Positions 63,139 to 64,000 of a stretch of DNA of 64,000 nt are shown here, piece by piece (position 1 is the first letter of the stretch; the number at the start of each line of letters is the position of its first letter). A program made the position numbers and the translations under genes. The stretch is from an uncultured Chroococcidiopsis sp. (GTDB lineage: Bacteria; Cyanobacteriota; Cyanobacteriia; Cyanobacteriales; Chroococcidiopsidaceae): contig CAXTYC010000005.1 of the NCBI GenBank assembly GCA_964248365.1, positions 32,001-96,000 on the forward strand. Direction: 5' to 3'. The notes below the pieces were generated by a model that was not told the origin of the DNA, did not search any database, and saw nothing but the letters and a program-made list of their open reading frames with translations.

Positions 63139-63360
63139 AATTTATTTTCTTTGATTTAAGCTATCATCTCAAATTACATACAATCTTAAAACCTATAATT
63201 CAAAACCGCATATATTTAAAGATGTAATGAATTTAATAAGGGGCTAGGGGCTAGGAGCTAGGAGCTAGGGAGAGGGGGAGAGTGAGAGACAAATTACCAA
63301 TTACCAACTACCAACTACCAATTCCAAATTACAAATTACGCGCTTACGAATTTCCTTTCT

Positions 63361-63534
63361 TTATTTTAGACCAAGCCAAGCTAGCACGCCTTGACCAGTG
63401 ATATATTCAATAATCACCATTAGCATAAAGCCAATCATCGCTGCTCGTCCATTCAAACGTTCAGCATATTCGTTAAAACCAAACTTTGGCTCTTCTAGCC
63501 TTGGTGTAGTGGTTGGTTGGGGTTGTGTCATCAT
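63361..63534 (-). CDS. hli: High-light-inducible protein (Hli/Scp), not in the ORF track
   Basis: Manual translation MMTQPQPTTTPRLEEPKFGFNEYAERLNGRAAMIGFMLMVIIEYITGQGVLAWLGLK with the ExxNGRxAM chlorophyll-binding motif; GAGGT RBS. Confidence 0.93.
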   Translation of the reverse strand: MMTQPQPTTTPRLEEPKFGFNEYAERLNGRAAMIGFMLMVIIEYITGQGVLAWLGLK

Positions 63535-63756
63535 GTATTAACCTCTGTTTGCACAATTAATAATATTAGTAGTGCTGCCCGTGTGAAAGTGTAAAAGCAG
63601 GCTTTTATACTATCTCACTGCTTAATTACGATTTGTTACTATTTTACACTGATTGTGACAATTTCTACTAGCTGCTCAAATCGCAACCTTTGACACATAT
63701 GGAATTGCTTTGACGAGCTTAAGCTAGATACAGGAGTCTTCTTGTAGAAGTAGCAA

Positions 63757-64000
63757 ATGGAAATTGGCGTTCCCAGAGAAATAAAGGATCAAGAGTTTCG
63801 GGTTGGGCTGAGTCCGAGTAGTGTACGGGTACTGAGCGAGAACAATCATACAGTCTTTGTCGAAACAGCAGCTGGTTTGGGATCGGGATTTACAGACGAA
63901 GACTTTAGCTGTGCGGGAGCGCAAATTGTTTCTTGTGCTCAACAGGTGTGGAATCGTGAGCTAGTTGTCAAAGTCAAAGAACCGTTGCTGCCAGAATACA
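63757..64000 (+). CDS. ald: Alanine dehydrogenase (5' part, runs off the window)
   Basis: MEIGVPREIKDQEFRVGLSP...VETAAG.GSGF.D...VVKVKEP. Confidence 0.92.
   Translation, partial: MEIGVPREIKDQEFRVGLSPSSVRVLSENNHTVFVETAAGLGSGFTDEDFSCAGAQIVSCAQQVWNRELVVKVKEPLLPEY

Noticed and set aside
63724..63942. 72-aa minus-strand ORF
   Set aside because: Antisense to alanine dehydrogenase
1..64000. Frequent GCGATCGC octamers and heptamer tandem repeats as a novel signal
   Set aside because: These are the well-known cyanobacterial HIP1 and STRR repeats
1..64000. IS elements, prophage, tRNA or rRNA
   Set aside because: No transposase, integrase or structural RNA signatures recognised by eye

Overview
Cyanobacterial chromosomal window. 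The assignment rests on abundant HIP1 octamers (GCGATCGC), heptameric STRR tracts, an hli gene, crtQ and cox genes; the repeat style suggests a Nostocales/Chroococcidiopsidales-type genome (inference). From left to right it contains: (1) the core scytonemin sunscreen cluster scyA-B-C-(D/E, one copy)-F-eboA with a REC-AraC regulator whose phospho-Asp is replaced by Glu and no adjacent histidine kinase; (2) an MHYT-PAS-GGDEF-EAL gene; (3) nnr, mnmA, sat and a repeat-invaded pseudo-orthocaspase; (4) a complete CheR/CheB-containing chemosensory cluster with a PatA-type output, a NarX-like receptor, a CheA with 'IDALF' linker repeats and an upstream SigJ-type box; (5) iscA, crtQ, a truncated Vipp1/PspA-like gene and cobQ; (6) a guanidine-I riboswitch controlling a gdmH-ghaAB-ABC guanidine utilisation operon; (7) ctaAB/coxBAC, a PAS-Crp fusion, a MerR gene, hli and the 5' part of ald. 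No rRNA, tRNA, transposase or CRISPR-Cas was recognised. All calls come from reading motifs by eye; no database searches were run.
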